DNA of 64,000 nucleotides from Candidatus Eiseniibacteriota bacterium (lineage in GTDB: Bacteria > Eisenbacteria > RBG-16-71-46), in the NCBI GenBank assembly GCA_963725865.1, contig CAVSAC010000010.1, positions 608,001-672,000 of the forward strand. Direction: 5' to 3'. This document shows positions 24,115-33,379 of this stretch, in pieces. The position numbers and the translations under genes are program-made. Every line of letters begins with the position of its first letter. The first letter of the stretch is position 1. The notes beneath the pieces were generated by a model. The model made no database searches and was not told the DNA's origin. It saw nothing but the letters and a program-made list of their open reading frames with translations.

Positions 24115-24771
24115 CTAGGGCGTCACCAGCCCCAATCGCGCCTGGATCGAGCCGCCGTCCGAGCCCTCGAACAGCTCCGAGTAGCCGCGGAAGCGCACGC
24201 CCAGTTGCCATGCGTAGCCCGAGCGCTGCGGCAGGCGCACGCCCATGCCGATCTCGCCGAGCGCCTCGTTGTTCCCGTAGCGATAGCCGGGATAGATCAG
24301 CGCGCCGGTGGCCACATCCACGGCCTCCATGCCCTGGCCGGTGACCGACACCAGGCCGAAGCCGAACTCGACGAACGGCTCGACGTACCGCGTGGGCATT
24401 CCCACGCGCGCGCCGACCGCGGCGGTGAGCATCTGCCGGTTGCCGCCGCCCTGGTAGCGAATGCCGCCCGACGGCGCGACGAAGCCCGCCTGGGTGTACG
24501 ACGCCGCCGTGCCCGGGTAGTGCTCGAAGCCGACACTCATCGTGACCCCGAACGTGCGCCCGAACTCCACCCCGCTGCCGATCGCGTAGCCCATCGGAAG
24601 GAGCGTGGGCGATTGCGAGTTGTCGAAGCTGGGCCCGGCCTCGATCCAGATGCGCGCCCCGCGCGCGCTCTCGTCGGCGCTCGCGGGCGTCGCGATGCTC
24701 GCGAGCACGACGCCCGCGACGCACGCAAGCAGCAACATCGCAGTCGGCCACATGAGCGAGCGCGGGCTCAT
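24115..24771 (-). CDS. Putative small outer-membrane beta-barrel protein
   Basis: Signal peptide and Gly/aromatic alternating strands (EPFVEFGFG, EIGMGVRL). Confidence 0.6.
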   Translation of the reverse strand: MSPRSLMWPTAMLLLACVAGVVLASIATPASADESARGARIWIEAGPSFDNSQSPTLLPMGYAIGSGVEFGRTFGVTMSVGFEHYPGTAASYTQAGFVAPSGGIRYQGGGNRQMLTAAVGARVGMPTRYVEPFVEFGFGLVSVTGQGMEAVDVATGALIYPGYRYGNNEALGEIGMGVRLPQRSGYAWQLGVRFRGYSELFEGSDGGSIQARLGLVTP

Positions 24772-25370
24772 CGCAGCTCCACGCCGGCGCGCAGCGCGCC
24801 CGTCCACGAGTGGTCCCCCGGGCTGCCCGGCACGGTGTCCCAGTGGCCATCGAGGAACATGCCGTAGCGCTCCGCCACGCGCCACGCGACGCCGCTGCCC
24901 CAGGTGAACGCCCACGTGCTCGACACGCGCGAGGGCGACGCCGACCCGGAGAAGGCGTAGTCGAACCGGCGCTCCACCGACAGGATCGCCATGCCGAACC
25001 CCACGTCGAAGTAGGGCGAGATCGCCAGATCGCGCCGCCGGAACCGCACGCCGCCGACCATCGACACGAGATGCGCGGCGCCCAGGTGGATCGCCCCGGT
25101 ATCCGTCCCGAACCGTTGCGCGAACGCGCCGGGGTTCGACGGAAAGTCGGTGTACGCCAGCCGCATCATCACGCCCGTGGTGCCGCGGATCGGGTGCTCG
25201 CCGCCGGCGACCAGCGTGAGGCCGGTGCGATTGTAGTCGGCGAGATGGCCCTGCCCCGCGCGCGGGCTCTCGAAGCCGGCGCCGAAGAACCAGATGTCCT
25301 CGGCGGCACGGCACGGCGCGGCGAGCGAGACGAGCAGGAGTCCGAGCGCGACCGCGCGACCGACCATCAT
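24768..25370 (-). CDS. Putative small outer-membrane beta-barrel protein
   Basis: Signal peptide MMVGRAVALGLLL; strands SPYFDVGFG and LRAGVELR; overlaps the next gene. Confidence 0.6.
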   Translation of the reverse strand: MMVGRAVALGLLLVSLAAPCRAAEDIWFFGAGFESPRAGQGHLADYNRTGLTLVAGGEHPIRGTTGVMMRLAYTDFPSNPGAFAQRFGTDTGAIHLGAAHLVSMVGGVRFRRRDLAISPYFDVGFGMAILSVERRFDYAFSGSASPSRVSSTWAFTWGSGVAWRVAERYGMFLDGHWDTVPGSPGDHSWTGALRAGVELR

Positions 25371-25408
25371 GAGCCTCCTCCGAACCGCGCGGGGGGACGG
25401 CCGTGATG

Positions 25409-26827
25409 TTACCTCAGCTTCAGTCGCTCGATCCGCGCGTCCACCAGCACCGGCGGGAACACGCCACCGCGCTCGAACACGGCGCGATGGCGCGCGAGCG
25501 CCTCGCCCACCTCGGCGAACGAGCGCGGCACCGCCGCACCGCCGCCGTTGGCGCCCTTGGACGCCGCGGTGGACTCCAGCAGCGCGTCGAGGTCGGGCGT
25601 GGCGCGGCCCTCGACCATCGCCTGCGCCATCCCGGCCAGCAGCAGGTGCGGGTGCGCGGAGCCGTCGGGCAGCCGGAACTCGATGGTCGGAGGGCTCACC
25701 AGCCGGCCGTCGCCGTCGGTCGCCACCACCGGCAGGCGTACCAGCGCGCTGCGGTCGTACTCGCCCCACTTGACGCTGCTGGGCGCCTCCTTGGCCTGGC
25801 CGATCCGCACGAACGACTCCTCGGCGCGGTTGCCGAACGCCATCAGCGCGCCGCCGAACTGCACCAGCCCGCCGATCAGCCAGCGCGCGGGGTCGGTCAG
25901 GCGCCCGTCGGCGCCGCGGGTGGCGCCGTGCTTGCCGTCGATCACCGGCGAGACGTGGAAGTGCAGCCCGTTGCCGGCGTGGCCACGGCGCAGGATGGGC
26001 TCGAACGAGCAGCGCATGCCTTCGGCGTGCGCGAGGTTGCGCAGCACCCACTGGGTCAGCGCCACCGCGTCGGCCGCCTCCGGCAGCGGCGCGAGCGCCA
26101 GCTCGATCTCGTGCTGTTCCCAGATCACGCCGTCGGCCTCGCCCGCTTCGACGTAGCCGACCTCGCTGTGCGCGTACTTCACCGGCACGCCGATGTCGGC
26201 CAGGATCGCGAGCGCGCGGCGGCGCAGGCTCTCGCCGAACACGAACGGCGAGGTGGCGTGGTAGCCGCGGTCGTCGGCGCCGTACATGTCGTTCTCGGTC
26301 GAGCGCCGGCCGAGGAAGAACTCCACCTCGCCGAGCGCGTGCAGCGTGATGCCGGTCTCCTGCTGGAGCCGCGCGTGGGCGCGGCGCACCAGCGTGTCGG
26401 GCGACTGCGGCAGCGGCTGGCCGTCGCGGCCGGCGTGGCCGCACATCACCGCCAGCGTGGGCAGCGGCGAGAACGGATCGAGGAACGCGCCGGTCACGCG
26501 CGGTCGCAACACCACGTCCGAGGCGCCGGCCTGGATGCCGAGCCCCGGGAACAGGCTGGAGCCGTCGGCGCGCTCGCCGCCGCCCAGCACGTCGCGCAGG
26601 TGCGCGAGCGAGCCCGGCACGAAGTCGAGCGTCTTGAGCCACCCGTCGCCGCCGATGTGCATCAGGCTGATGATGCGGATGCCGTGCTCGTGCACCAGCG
26701 CGGCGAGGTCGTCGAGCGTCCACTCCGCGGCCGGTCGGCCGAGCAGGCGCTCGAGCTGGCAGGCCGGGAACGCGCTCTCGTGCGCGGGCGGCACGTGGTT
26801 CGGCCGCGGGTGTGCGCGTTCGTCCAC
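25409..26827 (-). CDS. glnA: Glutamine synthetase family protein (type I, Bacteroidota-like subtype)
   Basis: ADGSS, GEVEFF, HSEVG, QHEIE, GNGLHFH, DRSALVRLP and IEFRLPD motifs. GTG start 2 nt after the gatD stop (start uncertain). Confidence 0.85.
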   Translation of the reverse strand: MDERAHPRPNHVPPAHESAFPACQLERLLGRPAAEWTLDDLAALVHEHGIRIISLMHIGGDGWLKTLDFVPGSLAHLRDVLGGGERADGSSLFPGLGIQAGASDVVLRPRVTGAFLDPFSPLPTLAVMCGHAGRDGQPLPQSPDTLVRRAHARLQQETGITLHALGEVEFFLGRRSTENDMYGADDRGYHATSPFVFGESLRRRALAILADIGVPVKYAHSEVGYVEAGEADGVIWEQHEIELALAPLPEAADAVALTQWVLRNLAHAEGMRCSFEPILRRGHAGNGLHFHVSPVIDGKHGATRGADGRLTDPARWLIGGLVQFGGALMAFGNRAEESFVRIGQAKEAPSSVKWGEYDRSALVRLPVVATDGDGRLVSPPTIEFRLPDGSAHPHLLLAGMAQAMVEGRATPDLDALLESTAASKGANGGGAAVPRSFAEVGEALARHRAVFERGGVFPPVLVDARIERLKLR

Positions 26828-26829
26828 CG

Positions 26830-28218
26830 TTACTTCCACACCCTGCATAGGAACTCCTGGATCTCGGGCACCCCGCCCTGGAAGACGAGGTAGCCATCGT
26901 GAGGCTCGCGTTCGGTGATCTCGCCGGCGACCGGCGTGGTCATCAGGGCGCTCACCGCGGCGGGATCGCCGGGGTGCACGCCCAGCGCCCAGCCGAGCTT
27001 GATGTACGCGACCTCGGGCAGCATGTTGGCGAGCGGCACCACGCCCAGCTCGAGGATCTCGCGTCCGGTCTCGTACACGTACATCTGCACGAACCCCCAC
27101 AGCGTCTGCACCGCCATGAACACCAGCACGCCGGCCTTGGTCGCGCGCTCGAGCGCCGGATACAGCTTGCGGTTCACGTGGCCGAGCCCGGTGCCGGCGA
27201 TGACGATGCCCTTGTACCCGCGCTCGACCAGCGAGTCGATGATGTCCGGGTCCATGTTGGGATAGTAGTAGACGATCGTCACCCGCTCCTCGAACACCGC
27301 GCTCACGGTGACGTCGCGGTCGGCGCGCCGGGGCTTCACGCCCTCGCGCAGTTGCGTGACCTTGCCCTGCTCGACCATCGCGAGCGGGATGTCGCCGAGG
27401 GTGCGGAACGTGCTGCGATACGAGGTGTGCATCTTGCGCACGCGGGTGCCGCGGTGCAGCAGGTTGTAGCGGTCCGAGGTGGGCCCGAACATGCACACCA
27501 TGACCTCGGCGAGCGGGCCGTGGGCGGCGGCGTAGGTGGCGTTGATGAGGTTCTGCGCGGCGTCCGACGACGGGCGGTCCGAGGAGCGCTGGCTGCCCAC
27601 CATGATGATGGGCACCGGCGGGTCCTGGACCATGAACGACAGCGCCGCGGCGGTGTGGTGCATGGTGTCGGTGCCGTGGCCGATCACCACGCCGGCATAG
27701 CCGTCGCGGATCGCCTCGCCCACCTTCTCGGCCAGCACCTTGTACTGCTCCGGCCCCATGTTCTCGGAGAACACCGCGAACAGCTTCTCGGTGTCGAGGT
27801 TGCAGATGTCCGCCAGCTCGGGCACCGAGCCGTACAGCTCGCCGGGCGAGAACGCCGGGATCACGGCGCCGGTGCGGTAGTCGAGGCGCGAGGCGATGGT
27901 GCCGCCGGTGCCGAGCAGCTTCACGCGCGGCTTGGCCGGATCGACCGGGAACTGCTTCTCGGGGATCTTGTAGTGCGCCTCGCGGTAGCCGGTCTTCTTC
28001 ATCGCGAGGATGGTGTCGTGGCGCAGGCCGATGTTGTATCCGCTCGCCAGCTTGAGCACCAGGTGCAGGGGATCGGCGGTCTCCGAGCGCGGCAGCACCA
28101 GCCCGCTGAAGTCGCCGCGCGTGGTGTGCGCCTCGATGTCGCACCACACCGTGATGCCGTGGCGCTCCATCACCGCGCGGCAGGGATCGCGATAGCCCTT
28201 GAAGCGATCGTCGCTCAT
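26830..28218 (-). CDS. gatD: Glu-tRNA(Gln) amidotransferase subunit D
   Basis: GatD-specific N-terminal domain (LVLKLASGYNIG) followed by an asparaginase core: GTGGTIASRLDYRTGAV, HGTDT, GSQRSSDRPSSD, RKMHTS, GTGLGH. Confidence 0.93.
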   Translation of the reverse strand: MSDDRFKGYRDPCRAVMERHGITVWCDIEAHTTRGDFSGLVLPRSETADPLHLVLKLASGYNIGLRHDTILAMKKTGYREAHYKIPEKQFPVDPAKPRVKLLGTGGTIASRLDYRTGAVIPAFSPGELYGSVPELADICNLDTEKLFAVFSENMGPEQYKVLAEKVGEAIRDGYAGVVIGHGTDTMHHTAAALSFMVQDPPVPIIMVGSQRSSDRPSSDAAQNLINATYAAAHGPLAEVMVCMFGPTSDRYNLLHRGTRVRKMHTSYRSTFRTLGDIPLAMVEQGKVTQLREGVKPRRADRDVTVSAVFEERVTIVYYYPNMDPDIIDSLVERGYKGIVIAGTGLGHVNRKLYPALERATKAGVLVFMAVQTLWGFVQMYVYETGREILELGVVPLANMLPEVAYIKLGWALGVHPGDPAAVSALMTTPVAGEITEREPHDGYLVFQGGVPEIQEFLCRVWK

Positions 28219-30176
28219 CGCGCGACCTCCGCCGTTGCCGGCCCCAGTGCGCGCTCGAGTCGCGCGCGCACGTCGGCGGGTGCGGCGCGCCCGAGCAGCG
28301 CCCGCATCGCCTCGCCCATCGCGTGGCGCAGGCGCTTTTCGAGCGGGGCGTCGGCCATGCCGGCGCACGCGGCGACGGCCGCACGGACCGCCGCGTCGGC
28401 GTCGGCGGGCGTCGCCAGCTGCGCGACCACGCGCTCGGCGGTCGCGCCGGGCTCCAGCAGCACGCGCTCGATCGCGCTCCCCAGCGCCTCGCCGCGGAAC
28501 GCGCCGCGCGCCAGCGCCTCGACCAACGGCTTCAGCCGCGCGGCGGCGTGCGCGGGATCGACGCCGCGGCGCCGCATCCAGCGCGCCGGACGTCTCAGGC
28601 ACTCGGCCGCGACGCGGCGCGCCACCTCGCCCGCCGGCGGTGCCAGCGCGTCGAACAGCGAACCCGCGCTCTCGAGCGCGGCGAGTCGGGCGGCCATCAG
28701 CGGCTCGAGCCCGAGTCCGATCCAGCGCTCCTCGCGCGCCCACGGACGCTCGGCCAGTCGGGTCGTGATCTCGGCCAGCCACGCGTCGGGGATCGCGATC
28801 GGCGGCGTGTCGGTGTCGGGATACATGCGGTCGGCGCCGGGCAGGATGCGCTCGAAGCCGGTGGTGCCGTCGGCGTAGGGCTGGCGCGTCTCGGCCGGGA
28901 TGCCGACCAGCGCATCGCGCGCGCGGGCGAGCAGCTCGCGCACCGCGGTCGCCACGTCCTCCTCGGGCCCCCACACCACCACGATCGCGTCGCCGCGCTC
29001 GGTGCGCAGTGCCTTGTGCAGCGCCTTCCACTCGCCGGGCGAGAGGCCGTAGTCGCGCACGTCGGAGTGGATCATGAATGGCCGCGCGGTGAGGCAGGCG
29101 ATCACGCGCACCCGCTCGGAGAACTCGCGCGCGAACGTGAGCCCCGGCTGGGTGCGGGTGTCGAGCAGCCCGCCGAAGCCGGGCAGCCGCGTCGCGGCCA
29201 CGGTGTCGCCGCGCTCGAGCGCCTCGCGCACCGGCATGTAGTCGCAGCGTCGCAGCAGCGACGAGGCCTCGACCGCGCGCGCGGACTCGCGCCACGGCAG
29301 GCCCTTCTCCGGCACCGCGAGCTGCTCGGCCCGCACGCCGCGCCGCAGCAGCTCGGCGCGGATGCGCAGCAGGCTGAGCTGGCGGAACGCCTCGTTGTGG
29401 GTCAGCAGCGGCAGCCAGCGCTGCTGGCAGACGCCCTTGATCTCGATGCGCCGGCCGCCGGCGATCGACACGTTGGTGTCCTGGCGCGCCGCGCCCTCGC
29501 CGCGCCGCACCTGGCGCGTGGCGCGCGCGACCCGCGCCAGCATGCGGCCGCCCGCCTCGACCTCCCACGGTGACAGGAAGTCGGGCTCGGTCACGATCTC
29601 GATCAGCGGCATGCCGAGCCGGTCGGTGCGGAACGTGATGCGGTGCCCGACGTCGGACACCTCGCGGCAGGAGTCCTCCTCGAGCGAGAGCTGGCGGATG
29701 CGCAGCGGGCGGTCGATGCCGAGCGCCGGCACCCGGAACGGCACCGTGCCCTGCAGCGCGATCATCGCGGTGCGCTGGAAGCCGGTCGGGATCGAGCCGT
29801 CGAGGTATTGCTTGCGCATCACGTGCAGCTCGCTCACGAGGTCGAGCCCCAGCAGCAGCGCGATCTCGTAGGCGATCTTGACCGCCGCCTCGTCGATCGG
29901 GAACGGCGGCGTGTCGTCCAGCTCGTAGGTGCAGACGGTGCCGCGCTCGAGCAGGTAGACGATCTCCTTCTTGGTCTTGAACTCCATCAGCGCGGTGCCG
30001 TCGTACTCCCCCAGCTCGGAGAGGGTCGGGCGCATGTGGCGCAGCACCTCGGCGTCGATCCGGGTGACGCGGCGGCCCGCCGGGCAGCGGCAGAACAGCT
30101 TGCCCTTGGTGTCGAGCTGCTGATGGATCTCGAGCCCCGAGATGAACCCCAGGGCCGCGTAGTCCGCGAGCGTCAT
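28215..30176 (-). CDS. gatE: Glu-tRNA(Gln) amidotransferase subunit E (true start may be 30294 with a +1 error)
   Basis: GLEIHQQLDT, LRHMRPTLSELGEYD, MRK..DGS..GFQRT, LEED, DRLGMPLIEI, RQD.NVSI and EIKGV; AspRS-like insertion; PGADRMYPDTD. Confidence 0.93.
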   Translation of the reverse strand: MTLADYAALGFISGLEIHQQLDTKGKLFCRCPAGRRVTRIDAEVLRHMRPTLSELGEYDGTALMEFKTKKEIVYLLERGTVCTYELDDTPPFPIDEAAVKIAYEIALLLGLDLVSELHVMRKQYLDGSIPTGFQRTAMIALQGTVPFRVPALGIDRPLRIRQLSLEEDSCREVSDVGHRITFRTDRLGMPLIEIVTEPDFLSPWEVEAGGRMLARVARATRQVRRGEGAARQDTNVSIAGGRRIEIKGVCQQRWLPLLTHNEAFRQLSLLRIRAELLRRGVRAEQLAVPEKGLPWRESARAVEASSLLRRCDYMPVREALERGDTVAATRLPGFGGLLDTRTQPGLTFAREFSERVRVIACLTARPFMIHSDVRDYGLSPGEWKALHKALRTERGDAIVVVWGPEEDVATAVRELLARARDALVGIPAETRQPYADGTTGFERILPGADRMYPDTDTPPIAIPDAWLAEITTRLAERPWAREERWIGLGLEPLMAARLAALESAGSLFDALAPPAGEVARRVAAECLRRPARWMRRRGVDPAHAAARLKPLVEALARGAFRGEALGSAIERVLLEPGATAERVVAQLATPADADAAVRAAVAACAGMADAPLEKRLRHAMGEAMRALLGRAAPADVRARLERALGPATAEVAR

Positions 30177-30584
30177 CTCCCCGAGGTCCCGGTCGGGGAA
30201 GTCGAGTGGCGGATCGCGACGGGGGTTGAGGTCCAGCGGCGGTCGCGGCCCGCCCGGCAGTGGACGTGGGTGCGGCGTTCGGATCGTTCGTCATGGTCGT
30301 CCTGGGTCCGTACCGGCGTGAGCGTTCGGCAGAATAGCACCGACCGCGCACCCGGGTCATCCGCGCGCGGGCACGCGCCCGGAACGCGCGCTGTCGCGGA
30401 CCTCCACACCGCGCGCGCGATCCGATCGACGTGATCCACGACACTCGCGCGCGCCGACCGGTTCACGAGCGCACGTCGAATCGCTCGACGCGATCGCCGA
30501 ATGACACGTGCGTGGAAATTTCGTTCAGCGCAATTTGACGCTCACGCGTGTCGATGACTAGGGTGCATACGAAGGCGATCGCGC

Positions 30585-32174
30585 ATGCATACCTCGACGC
30601 CGCACGAGTCCGCATCCGCTCCATCCGCCGCCACCACGGTGTGTCCGTTCTGCGGCTCGGGATGCTGCATGCTGCTCCACGGCTCCGCCGCGTTCCCCCG
30701 CCTCCACCATCCGGTCTCGCAGGGCGCGCTCTGCCTGCGCGGCTGGAGCGCCGGCGAGCTGGTGCGCTCGCCGCTGCGCGTGCTGTCCGCACACCGCCGT
30801 TCGCGGGGCACGCCGCTCGAGCCGCTGCCGGTGGAGCGCGCGCTCGACGAGGTGGTGGAGCGCCTCACCGCGATCCGCGAGGCCCACGGGGGTGCCAGCA
30901 TCGGGGTGCTGGGCTCCGCCCGCCTGACCGTCGAGGAGATCGTGCTGCTGCGGCGGCTGGCGCGCGCGCTGGGCACGCCGCACCTCGATTCGCTACAGCG
31001 CATCGGCTACCTGCACTTCCCGGCGCTCACGTTCGAATCGGTCGAGCGCGCTCCGCGCCTCACCGTGCTGGGCGCCAACCTGACGGTGCGCCAGCCGCAG
31101 GCCGGGCGTCGCGTGCTGCGGGCGCTCGATCGCGGGACGCCGGTGCGATTCGTCCACAGCCGCCGCGTGCAGCTCGCCTCGCTCGCGGCCCACCACGACG
31201 TCACGCTGCCCGGGCAGGAGCTGGACGCGCTCGGCACGCTCGAGCCGGACGAGGTGGTGCTGCTGTCCTCGGAGCTGGCGCTTTCGGGCCAGGGCGGGCC
31301 GGCCGCGCGGCGGCTGCATGGCACGCGCACGATGTTCCTGACCGATTACGTGAACCAGCGTGGCGCCGTGGAAGCCGGGCTCCATCCTTCCCCCGACGGC
31401 CTCTCGGCGTTCCAGATGCTCGAGGCGGCGGCCGATGGCCGCGTGCGCGCGCTGCTGGTGTTCGCCGACGATCCATTCGAGTTCTTCCCGGTGCTGGCGG
31501 CCCGCGCGTTCGCGCGCGCCGAGCTGGTGGTGGTGGTGGACTCGGTGCGCACCGCCAGCGCGCGGCATGCCGACCTGGTACTGCCCGGCGCGTTGCTCTC
31601 CGAGAAGGCGGGCACCGTCGTGAACACCGAGGGCCGGGCGCAGGAGCTGGCGCCCGTCTCCCCGCCACCGGCGCGCTGGACCGAGAGCGCGATCGCGCTG
31701 CAGCTGCTGCGGTGCTTCGACGGCGAGGCGGCGCTGCCGCCGGCGCCGCGGCTCGAGCCGGGCCCGGGCGGGGTCGAGGCCGAGCGGCCCGACGCCGCGT
31801 ACCCGTTCCTCGTCGCGCTCGACACCACGCTGTTCTGGAACTCGCACGCGCTGGTGGGCGCCACCGTCTCGGCGTGGCGCGAGGCGCGCAGCCTGTTCGC
31901 CGACTTCCCGCCCGGCTGCGTCACGCTCAACCCGGACGAGGCGCGGGCACTCGGCGTGCACCACGCCGGTTCGGTCACGCTCACGAGCCGCGACGGCGCC
32001 GTCACGCTGCCGGCGCGGCTCCATCCGCGCATGCTGCCCGGCACCGCGTGGATCGCGATGCCGTGCTGGGAGCGCTGCGGCACCAAGCTGGGAGCGCTCG
32101 CCTACGATCCGGCGCTGCGCATCCCGGTGTTCCGCCCCCGCGCCGTGCGCATCACCCGTCCCGAGGCCCGCTGA
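30585..32174 (+). CDS. Truncated molybdopterin-oxidoreductase (FdhF-like) protein, probably non-catalytic
   Basis: N-terminal CPFCGSGC...LC 4Fe-4S motif, ADLVLP..EKAGTVVNTEGR, and a C-terminal dinucleotide-binding domain (YPF..NPDEA). Only 529 aa, with no catalytic Cys/Sec. Confidence 0.8.
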   Translation: MHTSTPHESASAPSAATTVCPFCGSGCCMLLHGSAAFPRLHHPVSQGALCLRGWSAGELVRSPLRVLSAHRRSRGTPLEPLPVERALDEVVERLTAIREAHGGASIGVLGSARLTVEEIVLLRRLARALGTPHLDSLQRIGYLHFPALTFESVERAPRLTVLGANLTVRQPQAGRRVLRALDRGTPVRFVHSRRVQLASLAAHHDVTLPGQELDALGTLEPDEVVLLSSELALSGQGGPAARRLHGTRTMFLTDYVNQRGAVEAGLHPSPDGLSAFQMLEAAADGRVRALLVFADDPFEFFPVLAARAFARAELVVVVDSVRTASARHADLVLPGALLSEKAGTVVNTEGRAQELAPVSPPPARWTESAIALQLLRCFDGEAALPPAPRLEPGPGGVEAERPDAAYPFLVALDTTLFWNSHALVGATVSAWREARSLFADFPPGCVTLNPDEARALGVHHAGSVTLTSRDGAVTLPARLHPRMLPGTAWIAMPCWERCGTKLGALAYDPALRIPVFRPRAVRITRPEAR

Positions 32175-33379
32175 TGGAAACGTCCACCACGCTCACTCGG
32201 CGCTGGCTCACGCGCGACGCCCTCACGATCCTGCTCGAGCGCTGCGCCCGCGAGCACTCGCTGGTGGGGCCGGTCGAGGTGGACGGCGAGGTGATGTTCC
32301 TGCCGGTCGACGATCCGGCACGGCTGACGTGGGACTACGTGAACTCGCTGGTCCCGCCCAAGGAGGTGCTGCTCCCGACCCCCGAGCGGCTGGCGAGCTA
32401 CCGGATCGAGGATGGTCATCCGGTGGTGGAGTCCGGCGCGGCCACCACGGCGCCGCCGGTGGTGCTGTTCGGGGTGCGTTCGTGCGACGTGGCCGGGTTC
32501 GCGTACCTCGAGCGCTTCCTCTCGGGCGCGCCGTTCGGGCGCACCGACACCGCCGACGCCGCGTTCCAGGCCCGTCGCGACGCCACCGTGGTGCTGTCGG
32601 TGGTGTGCGAGCGGATCGGCGCCACCTGCATGTGCGTCTGCTGCGAGGGCGGCCCGGCGCTCGAGCGCGGGTTCGACTGGCAGCTCTCGTGCGGTGAGGA
32701 CGGCTGGCTGGTCGAGATCGACGGGCCGCGCGGGCACGCGTTCGCCGCGCGCTGCGCCGACCTGCTCGACGAGCCGCCGACGGGCGCGCTGACCGCGCGC
32801 GAGGCGCGGGTGCGCGAGACCATCGAGCGCTTCCACGAGACCAGCGACCGCCGCGTGCCCACGATGGCGGCCGCGCGGCTGGTCTCGAGCGGACGGCTGC
32901 CGAAGTCGTTCTGGAACGGCGTCGGCGAGCGCTGCTTCGAGTGCGGCGGCTGCGCCTACGTGTGTCCGACCTGTTCGTGCTTCAACGTGGTGGACGTGAA
33001 CCCGCCCGGCGAGGCGGTCGCGGGCGAGCCGCGCGACGGCGCCTTCCCGGTGGTGCCGGGCGGCATCACCGACGCGGTGCTCGACGGCCGTTACGAGCGC
33101 GTGCGCATGCGCGACAACTGCATCCTGCCGGGCTTCGTGCGCGAGGCGGGCGGCGGCTATCCGCGCTGGACCTGCGGCGAGCGCTGCCTGACGCGCTTCT
33201 TCCACAAGCTCTCGTGGCAGTTCCACGCGCGCATGGGGGCGCCCGGCTGCACCGGCTGCGGGCGCTGCATCCAGGTGTGCCTCGGCGAGGAAGGCATGGA
33301 CCGTATCGCCACCCGCATGACCGACGCGCTGCGGGCGGCCGGGCGCGCGCACGCGGCGCCGCCGAGGGGCCCGGCATGA
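32174..33379 (+). CDS. AsrA/HydB (sulfhydrogenase beta)/Flx-type 4Fe-4S dicluster protein
   Basis: PPKE, LFGVRSCD, CFECGGCAYVCPTCSCF, RFFHK and CTGCGRCIQVC motifs. Confidence 0.88.
   Translation: METSTTLTRRWLTRDALTILLERCAREHSLVGPVEVDGEVMFLPVDDPARLTWDYVNSLVPPKEVLLPTPERLASYRIEDGHPVVESGAATTAPPVVLFGVRSCDVAGFAYLERFLSGAPFGRTDTADAAFQARRDATVVLSVVCERIGATCMCVCCEGGPALERGFDWQLSCGEDGWLVEIDGPRGHAFAARCADLLDEPPTGALTAREARVRETIERFHETSDRRVPTMAAARLVSSGRLPKSFWNGVGERCFECGGCAYVCPTCSCFNVVDVNPPGEAVAGEPRDGAFPVVPGGITDAVLDGRYERVRMRDNCILPGFVREAGGGYPRWTCGERCLTRFFHKLSWQFHARMGAPGCTGCGRCIQVCLGEEGMDRIATRMTDALRAAGRAHAAPPRGPA

Noticed and set aside
28215..30176. Ordinary bacterial gatB next to ansA
   Set aside because: GatE-type motifs and insertion domain, a GatD-specific N-terminal domain, and no gatA or gatC adjacent.
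30295..30584. FNR/Rex/sigma54 site or riboswitch in the gatE-hydrogenase divergent region
   Set aside because: An AT-richer patch exists at about 30510-30540, but I could not match any consensus convincingly.
30585..32174. Active (seleno)formate dehydrogenase or canonical formate hydrogenlyase
   Set aside because: No Cys or in-frame TGA at the catalytic position, no following His, and no HycB partner.
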